The notes under the pieces are model-generated. The model was not told the DNA's origin, searched no databases, and was given only the letters and a program-made list of their open reading frames with translations. A DNA stretch of 24,678 nt from a virus (Duplodnaviria > Heunggongvirae > Uroviricota > Caudoviricetes), in the IMG/VR virus record IMGVR_UViG_2690316166_000006, positions 1-24,678 of that record; one strand, written 5' to 3'. Numbering within the stretch: position 1 is the stretch's first letter; each line of letters starts with the position of its first letter. The translations under genes were made by a program, and so were the position numbers. Of the stretch, positions 9,740 to 18,214 are shown piece by piece.

Positions 9740-9904
9740 CTACCTCGCCTGCCCCTTTTCGTCCTCATCCAACTTTCTGATAGCCGTAGAATCAATACCC
9801 GCCGCCATACACACATCAGATGCAACAAACCACGGATCGCCGTTAATCATCACTACACGTACCTGATGCTCTTCCTGAAAGGAAAATACTGCTAACGCGC
9901 TCAT
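9740..9904 (-). pseudogene. Truncated Bro-N / phage-antirepressor N-terminal fragment (54 codons)
   Basis: Minus-strand translation MSALAVFSFQEEHQVRVVMINGDPWFVASDVCMAAGIDSTAIRKLDEDEKGQAR* carries the Bro-N signature (F.F....VRV..I.G.PWFVA.DVC.......A...LD.DEKG) and then stops. Full Ant/Bro proteins run several hundred residues. The ATG overlaps the upstream ORF stop (ATGA), with AAGGAGG upstream. It is absent from the ORF track because it is under 60 aa. Confidence 0.6.
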
Positions 9905-10134
9905 TCAGCCTCCTTACCGTGCAGCAATTGCGACGAGAGCGATGCTGAATATCCCTGTGCTTCGTGTGTTAACTCACACGCAATTTGAAGGAGTTTCCCT
10001 GCTTCTGAGAGATAAATCGACGCCTCACAGCTGGAGACTGTCCGATGGGCTGATGATACGAGCGCATAGACCTGAGCCAGACGTTCATCCAACGATTCCA
10101 GCAGGCCAACAGTGTTCATTTTTACCTGATTCAT
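9901..10134 (-). CDS. Small hypothetical protein (77 aa) translationally coupled to the Bro-N fragment; sits where icd lies in P1-type anti-immunity operons
   Basis: ORF 9901..10134 with ATG start and GAGGTG 6 nt upstream. The positional analogy is inference only. Confidence 0.45.
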   Translation of the reverse strand: MNQVKMNTVGLLESLDERLAQVYALVSSAHRTVSSCEASIYLSEAGKLLQIACELTHEAQGYSASLSSQLLHGKEAE

Positions 10135-10460
10135 GCAGCCACCTCGCGCACCGGAATACGGGCAGACAATACCAGGACAAACCGGCTGGCGAACTGGCGA
10201 CGAGCTTCCCGTTCAGATGACGCGATGGTGGAAAGATGATGGATGTGTGACTTTTTGTCTGTGCGAACGACTGCCGCAAATTTGAATTTGAACATGGTAT
10301 GCACTCTTGTTTGGTAAAACAGTGCTACCACCAGAGTTGAGAATCTCTATGGGGTGGTAGCCCAAGCGGGGTTCTCAACACCGGCCCAAACGACACCGGC
10401 CAGCCTTTCGGCTGCCCCACCTGAGCCACCATAATTCGGATATGCGCAGGCTCATACACA

Positions 10461-10484
10461 CAAAAAAACACGCTGGCGCGTGTT
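10461..10484 (-). terminator. Rho-independent terminator on the minus strand
   Basis: On the minus strand: stem acacgc / gcgtgt with loop gcca, then seven U (plus-strand A-run 10462-10468). Confidence 0.55.
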
Positions 10485-10594
10485 GTGCGTCGTTCGGATT
10501 TCGGGGTTGAGAGTCCCGGCTACGGGATTTACCGCAGCGAAGTAACTTTACCGTCAAAACGACGCACACGTCAATAATTTGCAAAGGCATTTTA
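10485..10594 (-). ncRNA. Candidate structured small RNA or leader upstream of the anti-immunity genes
   Basis: No credible ORF. A long-range inverted repeat gtgcgtcgtt (10485-10494) / aacgacgcac (10557-10566) encloses internal hairpins (cccggctacggg) and the region ends at the minus-strand terminator. Ends are not defined. Confidence 0.3.
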
Positions 10595-10614
10595 CCCCGT
10601 GACCAGTCACGGGG
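10595..10614. promoter_or_regulatory. 20-bp perfect palindrome ccccgtgaccagtcacgggg (GTGACYRGTCAC family, copy 1)
   Basis: Perfect inverted repeat, followed on the plus strand by acaggtgttttta. A TATAAA on the minus strand lies just upstream (plus 10623-10628), so the palindrome would sit at the start of the leftward transcript. Confidence 0.5.
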
Positions 10615-10675
10615 ACAGGTGTTTTTATAGTTTGCTTGAACGAGTGTTCAGAAGTTGATCGTTAATCAAAGGCCA

Positions 10676-10963
10676 TTACTGATTAAGAGATTGGAAATAC
10701 CTAACTAACTTACCGGCATCATCACATTTTTCTTTATCTTCTTCCTTAACATAGCCGCGACAAAAGGCTGAATAAAATTTTGCATTTTCAGAAGCAAAAG
10801 CAGCCGTCGAAAGGAGCAGTTCTTTGCATGATTCTTTTGATGCAGCATCGGGATTATTTTTACATGCAAGCTCTGCTGATGAGTCAATAACAGAAATGCT
10901 ATCTTCCTGGGCATAAACCGCAGCAGAAAAGGCAAAACATAAAACAAAAATAAAACTCTTCAC
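10676..10963 (-). CDS. Small secreted, Cys-containing protein (95 aa) of unknown function
   Basis: ORF 10676..10963. N-terminal signal peptide MKSFIFVLCFAFSAAVYA-QE. The mature part is hydrophilic with four Cys. Confidence 0.55.
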   Translation of the reverse strand: MKSFIFVLCFAFSAAVYAQEDSISVIDSSAELACKNNPDAASKESCKELLLSTAAFASENAKFYSAFCRGYVKEEDKEKCDDAGKLVRYFQSLNQ

Positions 10964-10990
10964 TTTATCTCCTGTAACAGTTATCGCAAC

Positions 10991-11386
10991 TCAATCAACT
11001 TTTTTAGCATCAGCCATACGCTTCAACCAGTAATCAACAATCGGTTGCTCATCCACAGAATGTTTACCAGGTATAACTAGCCAGCTGTCTGCCGAAAGGC
11101 TACCGTATCTATGCGGGAAAAGGCATTTCTTTAGCTCCTGCCATGTGCTAGGAAAACCGTCTGCCAAAGTGCCAATTAACAGAAAAGGGACAAAAATCAG
11201 GGCTACAAACCATCGGGCAAGAAAGTGCTCAACAATAACCTCTTCACCGTTATAGTAATACGCATACGTATCCCATATACGAATTTTCCTTACCCTAAAA
11301 ATGGCCTTATGCTGAGAACGACTTAGCTTGATGCGAATGTATCCCTTATCCAAGAGGGATTGGTGTTTGTATGATTGAACAGCCAT
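10991..11386 (-). CDS. Small single-pass membrane protein (132 aa) of unknown function
   Basis: ORF 10991..11398 trimmed to the ATG at 11386, which has a GGGG run a few nt upstream. Hydrophobic helix FLARWFVALIFVPFLLIGTLA. Starts 2 nt after the upstream gene stop. Confidence 0.5.
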   Translation of the reverse strand: MAVQSYKHQSLLDKGYIRIKLSRSQHKAIFRVRKIRIWDTYAYYYNGEEVIVEHFLARWFVALIFVPFLLIGTLADGFPSTWQELKKCLFPHRYGSLSADSWLVIPGKHSVDEQPIVDYWLKRMADAKKVD

Positions 11387-11388
11387 TT

Positions 11389-11715
11389 TTAACCCCACTC
11401 ACCATCAGCAAACAAAGCGTTATACTCTGACAATGGTAGACGGTTGCCCTCGATGTAGAGATTCAGTTCATACTTCGTCTCCGGGTTTTCCTTGTCGGCT
11501 CGTTCCCAACGCTCAGCAGCCTTACGCGCCAATAATTCCACTGCTTTCAGGTAATCCTCCGTACGGAACCAGCCAAAGATAAGGCCACGATCTGTTACAG
11601 CCCAGGCGACCTTTTTTTCTTCCTCCTGGATAGCCTTAATGCGTCGATCGCATTCATCCCGGCAGAACTGCAGCTGACGGTAATCAAGTTTGTCCAAAAA
11701 TGCAGTAGTAGACAT
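11389..11715 (-). CDS. Hypothetical protein (108 aa)
   Basis: ORF 11389..11715 with ATG start and GGGGAG 8 nt upstream. Confidence 0.55.
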   Translation of the reverse strand: MSTTAFLDKLDYRQLQFCRDECDRRIKAIQEEEKKVAWAVTDRGLIFGWFRTEDYLKAVELLARKAAERWERADKENPETKYELNLYIEGNRLPLSEYNALFADGEWG

Positions 11716-11903
11716 ATTTTTACTCCCCGTTCACCGAAAAATCACGATAGAAGCGTTTCCACATACGATAAGTCTGCGCGAGTTGTTCACCACGAAACAT
11801 CGCCTTCCTGGCCTTCATGTTTTCCTTGTGAGACTTTCGATCTATGAACCAAAACCATTGCTGGAACACACAAAGCAAGAGACACAAAGATAATATCCAC
11901 TGA

Positions 11904-14900
11904 TTACCCATAGAAAGCGCCCTGCTCTTCGTAGCTGCATGAGCTATTCCCGGTAATGTATTCTCGTAACCGCCGCAATTCATTGCTGGACAAGTGATCC
12001 ATGAACTCTGTGAGATACAGAGATGCAAACGTCATAGCTATGCTGGCTGATGACCATGATGACATAGTGGCCAGCTCCTCACCGGAAAGCGCACTCATCG
12101 CCCAGGACTCAGGAACAGCCACCGGCAATACGGCCAAAGCCTCAGAAATTACTGAATGAGGGGCGTTTTGAACCTGCTCGTTTGTGGATCGCGTTTTATC
12201 ATCCATATATATATTGAGATCCAAATCGCGATCCATTTCGATGGCTGTCTTCTCGGCTTTACGCGTTTTTAGGGTTAGGCCATCTTTCTGACGCTGAACA
12301 AGAATATCCAGCATAAATGCCGCTGATTCAGGCTCAACAAAACGCAAGGTTGGACGCTTATCGCCGTCTCTGCCGCGACGTTTACCTGTTTTAAGGCCAA
12401 GAGAGTCGCAAATGTTTTTAAACAACGCTTCCGGCACTTTAGGCTTCCCTTTTGGCGTCATAAAACCACCAATGTGCAGAACGTTATTCAACAGGTCACG
12501 GCGTTCGGCTGTCATGAGGTTATCTCGAGCGAATTTGAGACGCTCCTGAGTCGCCTCGCCGGTCATAGTCTCAGGGTTGATACCGCAGTCGATAAAGTAC
12601 TGCCGGAGAGTTGCTGATTTAAGCGCATAGAAACCGCGCGCCCCGACTTCAACAGTAGGAGTAGCTTTTACCTTGTAGTCGATTATTCCAGGGAATTTAG
12701 TTTTAAAGACATCATCAGCCTGCTCGCGAGTCATCGCGGTCACTACAAAATATTGCCACTGTCCCGCCTGACGGTATGCGTAGGTAAAATTGATGGCTGC
12801 TTCTTCCCGGTCGTAACGACGAGCTGTTACCTCATCTAAAAGCATTGTTTCATAGCGGCGAACTTTGTCTCGAGCACCATCGAAATAGAATTTCAGCGTG
12901 CCTTCTTCAACCGGTAGTTTCAGTTCGTTCTCAATATCCCAGCGGACAAGTTTTGCTTGTTCTTCAAGCGTCAGCGCGCGTTTTTTTAGCAGTTCTTCAC
13001 GCTCTGATTCTTGTGGAGTTTCTGTATTGAGATGCAGATCCAGTGTCTGTTCCCACACAATATCCCGCGCTTCTTTACGCAGATCTTTACCGATATCATT
13101 CGCAGCATAATCGGTGGCCAGCGGCGATACCTTATAACCGTCGCTGTGCATGATGCAGATCATGTTGCTGGCGTAGTCGTTACGCGCAGACGCTTCAATT
13201 GCGGCTGCTTTAATTTTCATCCTGGTAAAGTCGGTATTGGCCACCCCCATTGATATACGGTCGCCATCGAAAACGACATCCGTCAGTTCACCGTTCATGC
13301 CTGCGGTAGCAAGCAATGCCTGGACGAATGCTCGTTCTATTTTTTGCGGGTCAGTTTCACGTTTTGCGCGAGCTTTATCAAAGCCGATAATAAATTCTTT
13401 TGCTGTACGGTCGCGGCGTAGCATTTGCACTGCGTCGCTGGGTACAACTTCACCACAGAACATGCCGAAATGACGGTCAAAATGTTTTTGCTCAATCGAC
13501 ACACCGGATGAAATAGACGGGCTATAAATCAGGCCGTCGTATTTTTTGACCATCTTTTTCGGTTGATTGGTAAATGCTTCAACTTCTGGCTCTGGTTTGT
13601 TTTTCTGGTTTACACACAGAAATTTCTTACCAGGAAAATGCATTCTCAGGGTGGCGGTCACATCTTCTGCAAAGGTGGAGCTGTCGGTGGCCAACATGAT
13701 TTTTTCGCCATTCGATACAGCTTTCACCACCTCGGTCATAATGCGATCTTTTTCTGTATAAAAAACCCGGATTGGCTCACCTGTTTCGCGGTTGCGAACA
13801 TCAACAGGTAATTCAATTACGTGGATCTGCAGCCATGCCGGTAAACCTAGTTCTTCACGGCGTTTCATAGCCAGTTCAGCCAGGTCAACCAGCAGATCGT
13901 TCGCATCAGCATCCACCATTATTGGGTGTTGTTCCGTTCTGGCCAGCGCGTCAATTAACGTATTGAATACAGCCACCGGGTTTTCCATAGCCCGACCGGA
14001 AATAACGGCACGTAGCCCTTGCGTGGCCTCGTCAAAGCCAAAATAGTCGTGCTGGCGCATCAATGGTTGCCAGCAGTTTTTAACAATCGAGTTTATGCAG
14101 ATGGTCAGTTTACTGGCGTATGGAGCCATTTCCTGATAGCCAGGGTCCTGATAGTGCAGGATATCGGCTTTTACACCTTTTCCTTCTGTCATCATTTCCC
14201 ACAGGCCACCAATAAGGGAAACACGGTGAGCAACAGAGATACCACGTTCTGAGCTATGCATTAAAGGTCGTAACAATCCAGTAGATTTGCCGGAACCCAT
14301 ACCAGCACGAACGATGACTATCCCCTGTAGTGATTGCACATACTTCAGGACGTCATCGGTCATTACCGAAGTTTCAAAACGCTTATAGGTGATATGTTGA
14401 GGACGTTTATTGGGATCAGTTATTCGTTCGCTGAATGAGCGCGGAGCCTGGGCAATACGGCACTTTTTATTCAGGCGACGGGCAATGTGGTCTTTTACCG
14501 TAGCGCGATAGATATTTTCCAGCCCAATTTCACGCAGGACGATGCAGAACATGTTAAATAAGTCTGACGGACTGTTAGGAACCGGACAGGTTAGCATGCC
14601 AATATCCACTGCTCTCAGCAGCTCTTTGGCAAAAGTACGACGGTTATCCCGCTTAATTGTCTTCAGGCGGTTGAGCGTCAGAGATAGCAAATCAGTGCCA
14701 GTTTTCAGGCGGTTTGCAGTTGCAAACAGTTGACGTGCTGTTTCACGAAGTCCACGTAGTTTGTGCAGGTCGTTGAAGTCACTGCACTCCATTTGCGGAT
14801 CGTCTTCAAAAGTTGGATAGACGCAGCGGACATCGTTGAATTTCGATAAGATTTCATAGCCAGTCCGCAGGCCGGTATTCCCTTTTCCTTCTGTAGCTGA

Positions 14901-15899
14901 TTTCCGGTCATTATCCAGTGCGCAGGTGATTTTTGCCGCCGGGTACATGTTTACCAGTTGTTCCACAACATGAACCATGTTGTTAGCGGATACAGCGACA
15001 ACCACAGCGTCAAAGCGTTTATCTTTTTTCGTGGCAAGCCAGATGGATGCACCAGTAGCAAAACCTTCTGTAACAGCGATGTTTTGCGCCCCTTTCAGCT
15101 CACCGATAACAAAGCAGGCACCGACGAAATCGCCGCTGGTTACGGCGCTGGTCTGGTATTTTCCACCTTGTTTGTCGATTCGCTGCCAACCAACAATACG
15201 ACCATCGTAACGACCGTCCAGGTGAGCCAGAGGGATAGCCATATACGTGGTTGGCCCCCTGCTCCATTTTGCGCTGTCGTGACTGGTCACGCGACGCACA
15301 TCACACGAATTAAAAACGTCACGAATACCTTTTTTAATCGCATATGGCCATGAGCCGTCTTCTGCAGGAGCATGTTCCCAAGCACTGTGGAATGCCAGCC
15401 ATCCCAGCAAACGTTCATGGTCCATTTGGTTGTTTTTCAGGTCATTAATTCGTTTTTGTTCTTCACGGCGACGACGTGCTTCGGCCTGACGTTCTATTCT
15501 TGCCCGTTCTTCTTCCGGTTGTGCGACCACGGTCGCATTATTCCGTTGTTGCTCACGGCGATATTCAGAAAACAGGAAGGAGAAACCGCTCCATGAGCCA
15601 GCATCGCTGCCTTTATGGACGAAGTTAATGAACGGGTAATCAATCCCTTTGCTGTGTTCCAGCCGGGAGTAAATTTCTACGCGTCCTTTGAGGCTCTTTT
15701 CGAGAGCTTCTGGGGATGTTTTATTGTATGAAGAGTAACGCTCAACACCCCCGCGAGGGTTGAGTTGGATGTTGTCGGAACAGGCAGACCAGTTGATACC
15801 AGCCATCTGTGCCAGCTCGGTTAGTTCATCCCGTGCTGCTTCAATTAGCGAGAACGGATCGCTGCCAAAGCGATCCGCATAGAAATCGTTTAATGTCAT
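11904..15899 (-). CDS. repA: Replication protein RepA: large primase-helicase (N15 RepA / P4 alpha-like)
   Basis: 1331-aa ORF. Toprim-like primase motifs (VTEGFATGASI, AVSANN, ALDNDRK) and Walker A GMGSGKST. Size and position next to cB match N15 RepA. Confidence 0.88.
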   Translation of the reverse strand: MTLNDFYADRFGSDPFSLIEAARDELTELAQMAGINWSACSDNIQLNPRGGVERYSSYNKTSPEALEKSLKGRVEIYSRLEHSKGIDYPFINFVHKGSDAGSWSGFSFLFSEYRREQQRNNATVVAQPEEERARIERQAEARRRREEQKRINDLKNNQMDHERLLGWLAFHSAWEHAPAEDGSWPYAIKKGIRDVFNSCDVRRVTSHDSAKWSRGPTTYMAIPLAHLDGRYDGRIVGWQRIDKQGGKYQTSAVTSGDFVGACFVIGELKGAQNIAVTEGFATGASIWLATKKDKRFDAVVVAVSANNMVHVVEQLVNMYPAAKITCALDNDRKSATEGKGNTGLRTGYEILSKFNDVRCVYPTFEDDPQMECSDFNDLHKLRGLRETARQLFATANRLKTGTDLLSLTLNRLKTIKRDNRRTFAKELLRAVDIGMLTCPVPNSPSDLFNMFCIVLREIGLENIYRATVKDHIARRLNKKCRIAQAPRSFSERITDPNKRPQHITYKRFETSVMTDDVLKYVQSLQGIVIVRAGMGSGKSTGLLRPLMHSSERGISVAHRVSLIGGLWEMMTEGKGVKADILHYQDPGYQEMAPYASKLTICINSIVKNCWQPLMRQHDYFGFDEATQGLRAVISGRAMENPVAVFNTLIDALARTEQHPIMVDADANDLLVDLAELAMKRREELGLPAWLQIHVIELPVDVRNRETGEPIRVFYTEKDRIMTEVVKAVSNGEKIMLATDSSTFAEDVTATLRMHFPGKKFLCVNQKNKPEPEVEAFTNQPKKMVKKYDGLIYSPSISSGVSIEQKHFDRHFGMFCGEVVPSDAVQMLRRDRTAKEFIIGFDKARAKRETDPQKIERAFVQALLATAGMNGELTDVVFDGDRISMGVANTDFTRMKIKAAAIEASARNDYASNMICIMHSDGYKVSPLATDYAANDIGKDLRKEARDIVWEQTLDLHLNTETPQESEREELLKKRALTLEEQAKLVRWDIENELKLPVEEGTLKFYFDGARDKVRRYETMLLDEVTARRYDREEAAINFTYAYRQAGQWQYFVVTAMTREQADDVFKTKFPGIIDYKVKATPTVEVGARGFYALKSATLRQYFIDCGINPETMTGEATQERLKFARDNLMTAERRDLLNNVLHIGGFMTPKGKPKVPEALFKNICDSLGLKTGKRRGRDGDKRPTLRFVEPESAAFMLDILVQRQKDGLTLKTRKAEKTAIEMDRDLDLNIYMDDKTRSTNEQVQNAPHSVISEALAVLPVAVPESWAMSALSGEELATMSSWSSASIAMTFASLYLTEFMDHLSSNELRRLREYITGNSSCSYEEQGAFYG
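15278..15291. repeat. 14-bp palindrome cgtgactggtcacg inside repA (GTGACYRGTCAC family, copy 2)
   Basis: Perfect inverted repeat sharing the 12-bp core with the sites at 10601 and 20994. Confidence 0.4.
15522..15537. promoter_or_regulatory. sopC-like centromere candidate TGCGACC-AC-GGTCGCA inside repA
   Basis: 16-bp palindrome with the same architecture as the F sopC core TGGGACC-AC-GGTCCCA. One of three copies in the window. Confidence 0.5.
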
Positions 15900-16022
15900 T
15901 TTTTAGCCATTCCATGCGAATTATGTTTTTTCGGGTTGAAAAAATCCGCAGGAGCAGCCACAATAAACGCATCTTGAATTGACGGAATCCGTCGCGTTAC
16001 TGTGGCTGCTTCCTGAAAAGGA

Positions 16023-16050
16023 CCCGAGTTTGCCGACTCGGGTTTTTTTT
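16023..16050. terminator. Hairpin with T-run between cB and repA; attenuator or terminator in the repA leader
   Basis: Stem cccgag / ctcggg with loop tttgccga, then eight T. An adjacent long imperfect stem-loop (ggagcagccaca ... tgtggctgcttcc, about 15963-16025) is followed on the minus strand by a U-run. Confidence 0.5.
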
Positions 16051-16144
16051 CGTCTTTTTTCTGCTGCTGTAACCTGAGTCAACCCACAGAACATATGCTC
16101 TGCATTAAACCAGATTTACAGCAAACAATAAACCCCGTATTAAG

Positions 16145-16741
16145 TCATCTACCCTCAACCATGAATGATTTGATCGTTCCGACTATTTGGTGAACAAATT
16201 CAAGATCGCTTTTCCTGAAGATAGCGCGTTGTGAATTTGTTCCGTCCAGATAGTAATTTTCATCATCAAAACGGGCCAGGCGCTGGATGGTGATATTTCC
16301 TGCAGTATCACGAACCAGAACATCCTCGCCGGGGACCAGTTCCAGCGCAGAATCGACCAGGAGAAAATCGCCAGGCTGATAGTTTCCCTGCGCCAGATTG
16401 CTGATAGTTAACGCATAAACAGTATTGCGCTGGCTGATGAATGGCAGGAATCGCTCAGTATTTGGAACCTGTCCTGGCTTCCACTCTTCATCAGGTCCAC
16501 TTTCAGTTGTGCCAATAACAGGAATGCGATCAGGGTCATATTCTGTCCCATACAGCACCCAATGCACTGGCTTGCGTAAGCATTTAGCCAGGGCAATACC
16601 TATCTCCAGTGACGGCATTACGTCGCCACGTTCTAAGTTTTGGACGCCTGCAATAGAGATATCGACAGCCTCAGCAACTTCTCGCAACGTCAGCTTCATC
16701 TCTAAACGGCGTGCTTTCAGTCGTTCGCCTCGTGTTTTCAT
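16145..16741 (-). CDS. cB: Prophage repressor CB (CI-like: N-terminal HTH plus C-terminal LexA/S24-like domain)
   Basis: 198 aa. N-terminal HTH (LTLREVAEAVDISIAGVQNLERG) and a C-terminal domain of S24-peptidase-like length. Divergent from a cro-like gene across an operator-bearing intergenic region. Confidence 0.85.
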   Translation of the reverse strand: MKTRGERLKARRLEMKLTLREVAEAVDISIAGVQNLERGDVMPSLEIGIALAKCLRKPVHWVLYGTEYDPDRIPVIGTTESGPDEEWKPGQVPNTERFLPFISQRNTVYALTISNLAQGNYQPGDFLLVDSALELVPGEDVLVRDTAGNITIQRLARFDDENYYLDGTNSQRAIFRKSDLEFVHQIVGTIKSFMVEGR

Positions 16742-16763
16742 AGCTTAATCATAAATGATCTTC

Positions 16764-16805
16764 TTATAGCTGGCTATAAAATTTATTTATTATAGCTGGC
16801 TTTAA
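16764..16805. promoter_or_regulatory. Immunity operators: palindrome TTATAGC-TG-GCTATAA (16764-16779) and a second copy TTATAGCTGGCTTTAA (16790-16805)
   Basis: Two related 16-bp sites 26 bp apart between cB and cro. A TATAAT at 16821-16826 lies 6 bp upstream of the cro ATG. Confidence 0.6.
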
Positions 16806-16832
16806 ATGCGATTTATTGCTTATAATAACCGC

Positions 16833-17054
16833 ATGAAACCAGAAGAACTTATTCGCCACTTTGGCAGTGTAGAAAAAGCAGCGGCTGGGGTAGGTGTAAC
16901 ACCCGGTGCTGTTTACCAATGGTTAACCGCTGGAGAGATTCCTTCATTGCGGCAAAGTGATATTGAAGTTCGTACTGCTTACAAGCTGAAGAGTGACTTT
17001 ACAACTCGGCGGGTAAAGCAGTCGATTAAGGAGAGCCGTAAGCGTGGAGCTTGA
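16833..17054 (+). CDS. cro: Cro-like small DNA-binding protein
   Basis: ORF 16806..17054. The ATG at 16833 is preferred (MKPEELIRHFGSVEKAAAGVGVTPGAVYQWL: helix-turn-helix). The TATAAT just upstream suggests a leaderless transcript. Confidence 0.75.
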   Translation: MKPEELIRHFGSVEKAAAGVGVTPGAVYQWLTAGEIPSLRQSDIEVRTAYKLKSDFTTRRVKQSIKESRKRGA

Positions 17055-17754
17055 GTATATACGCAGCTGCGTCTCCACGGCATTGGCTGATATTCATTAT
17101 CGCCAGCGTGGCATCCTAGAGGTCCAGCTTGAGCAGATGCGTCTAGGCAGATCAGGACGCTTTAACAATAAACCAGTCCGGTCAATCAGTGTAGGTGATG
17201 ATAACTCATACGAAGTGTCTGTTCCTGCTGAGCCGGTTAGATTCCACCAGGGCAAAACATTTAAACAATCATCAATGTTGCTCACTGATATTGATTTTCA
17301 GAGCGCCAGCTGGCGCAGGGCTATTGGTCAGTTGAATAACGAGGAATCAGCCTGGCTTTATTATTGCTACGGATGCAAGCCTGACTACAACAATGATGTG
17401 ATTGTTTGTCAGTGGTTATGGCTTGATTTTCTGGTTGCGCATTCGGGTGGCGGGTTTAAAAAAATGAAGGCCTCCACGAAAAAAGCCATGAGAAAATTGA
17501 TTTATTACGCGGCACAGCAGGTTAAGTCAGAACTTACGTGTGCTGAGGCAGTTGATGAGAGAGAACAGGACAGGCATCTGAGTTTTCTACTGAATATATC
17601 TATTGATAGCTGGAGACAAGATTATAAAGAACGCTGGCTTTTAATTAAGTCGCGATGTCTGAGCTTAAATCGAACTGCATTATTAAATGCGGCGGAGAAG
17701 CGCAGTGAAATCATCAAACGCCATCGGGCAGGAAGTGCCATTCTGCCTTTGTAA
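17044..17754 (+). CDS. Hypothetical protein (236 aa) in the position of a Q-like late regulator
   Basis: ORF 17044..17754 immediately after cro. Assignment is by position only; no diagnostic motif seen. Confidence 0.4.
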   Translation: MELEYIRSCVSTALADIHYRQRGILEVQLEQMRLGRSGRFNNKPVRSISVGDDNSYEVSVPAEPVRFHQGKTFKQSSMLLTDIDFQSASWRRAIGQLNNEESAWLYYCYGCKPDYNNDVIVCQWLWLDFLVAHSGGGFKKMKASTKKAMRKLIYYAAQQVKSELTCAEAVDEREQDRHLSFLLNISIDSWRQDYKERWLLIKSRCLSLNRTALLNAAEKRSEIIKRHRAGSAILPL

Positions 17755-17761
17755 ACAAGTT

Positions 17762-18007
17762 ATGTTCAGGAAACCGTCGAAGCCAGAATTAAGGTATTCG
17801 GGGGTAAGAAATGAATATGTTATCTGGTGTCCAACTTGTGGTTACAGAACACGACCAGATAGTAATAAGCAGTCTGTAATTGCCGATTGGTATTTATCAA
17901 ATCAGCCAGGTAATAAGCATATAGAAAATCTTTGGATTAAGCGTTACTTGGAAATCAGAGAGGGTGCGACCGTGGTCGCACAAGAAAATGAAAATAACGC
18001 CATTTAA
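17762..18007 (+). CDS. Small hypothetical protein with a CPTCG motif (81 aa)
   Basis: ORF 17687..18007 trimmed to the first ATG after the upstream stop. Confidence 0.35.
   Translation: MFRKPSKPELRYSGVRNEYVIWCPTCGYRTRPDSNKQSVIADWYLSNQPGNKHIENLWIKRYLEIREGATVVAQENENNAI
17964..17981. promoter_or_regulatory. sopC-like centromere candidate GTGCGACC-GT-GGTCGCAC
   Basis: 18-bp palindrome with the same arms as the sites at 15522 and 22732, central dinucleotide in opposite orientation. Confidence 0.5.
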
Positions 18008-18017
18008 GCAGGGGCCG

Positions 18018-18191
18018 ATGACGCATGATGAAGCAGAGCGTCTTTCAGATACTTATCGGCGGCGTGGTAAGAAAGTTCTGGTTGTTCGTTCTGATTTTTT
18101 AGGTGATGGATATTGCGTTTATGTTCATTTACCTGAATCAGAAAGAGCGCCAAAACCATCCAGAACATATCAACAGAAGTTTTGGGTATAG
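18018..18191 (+). CDS. Small hypothetical protein; start uncertain (17988 or 18018)
   Basis: ORF 17964..18191. The ATG at 18018 has AGGGG upstream. Confidence 0.3.
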   Translation: MTHDEAERLSDTYRRRGKKVLVVRSDFLGDGYCVYVHLPESERAPKPSRTYQQKFWV

Positions 18192-18214
18192 ATAAACGTT
18201 GAGGATAATTATTC

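Noticed and set aside
10131-10331. 66-aa ORF 10131..10331 upstream of the 77-aa gene
   Set aside because: It starts with GTG, has no RBS and lies in a region rich in RNA secondary structure. It is more likely part of the leader of the anti-immunity transcript.
10330-10420. GC-rich stretch with paired ggtgg / ccacc segments that looked tRNA-like
   Set aside because: It cannot be folded into a cloverleaf with a proper T-loop (GTTCRANYC) or anticodon arm. It is treated as part of the structured leader.
12845-15596. Plus-strand ORFs of 61-131 aa inside repA
   Set aside because: All are antisense to a continuous 1331-aa ORF with clear primase and helicase motifs. Their products are compositionally odd (Ser/Cys/Phe-rich), typical of antisense frames.
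16408-16748. ORFs 16408..16596 (minus) and 16425..16748 (plus) overlapping cB
   Set aside because: They are shadow frames of the cB gene, whose HTH identifies the real frame.
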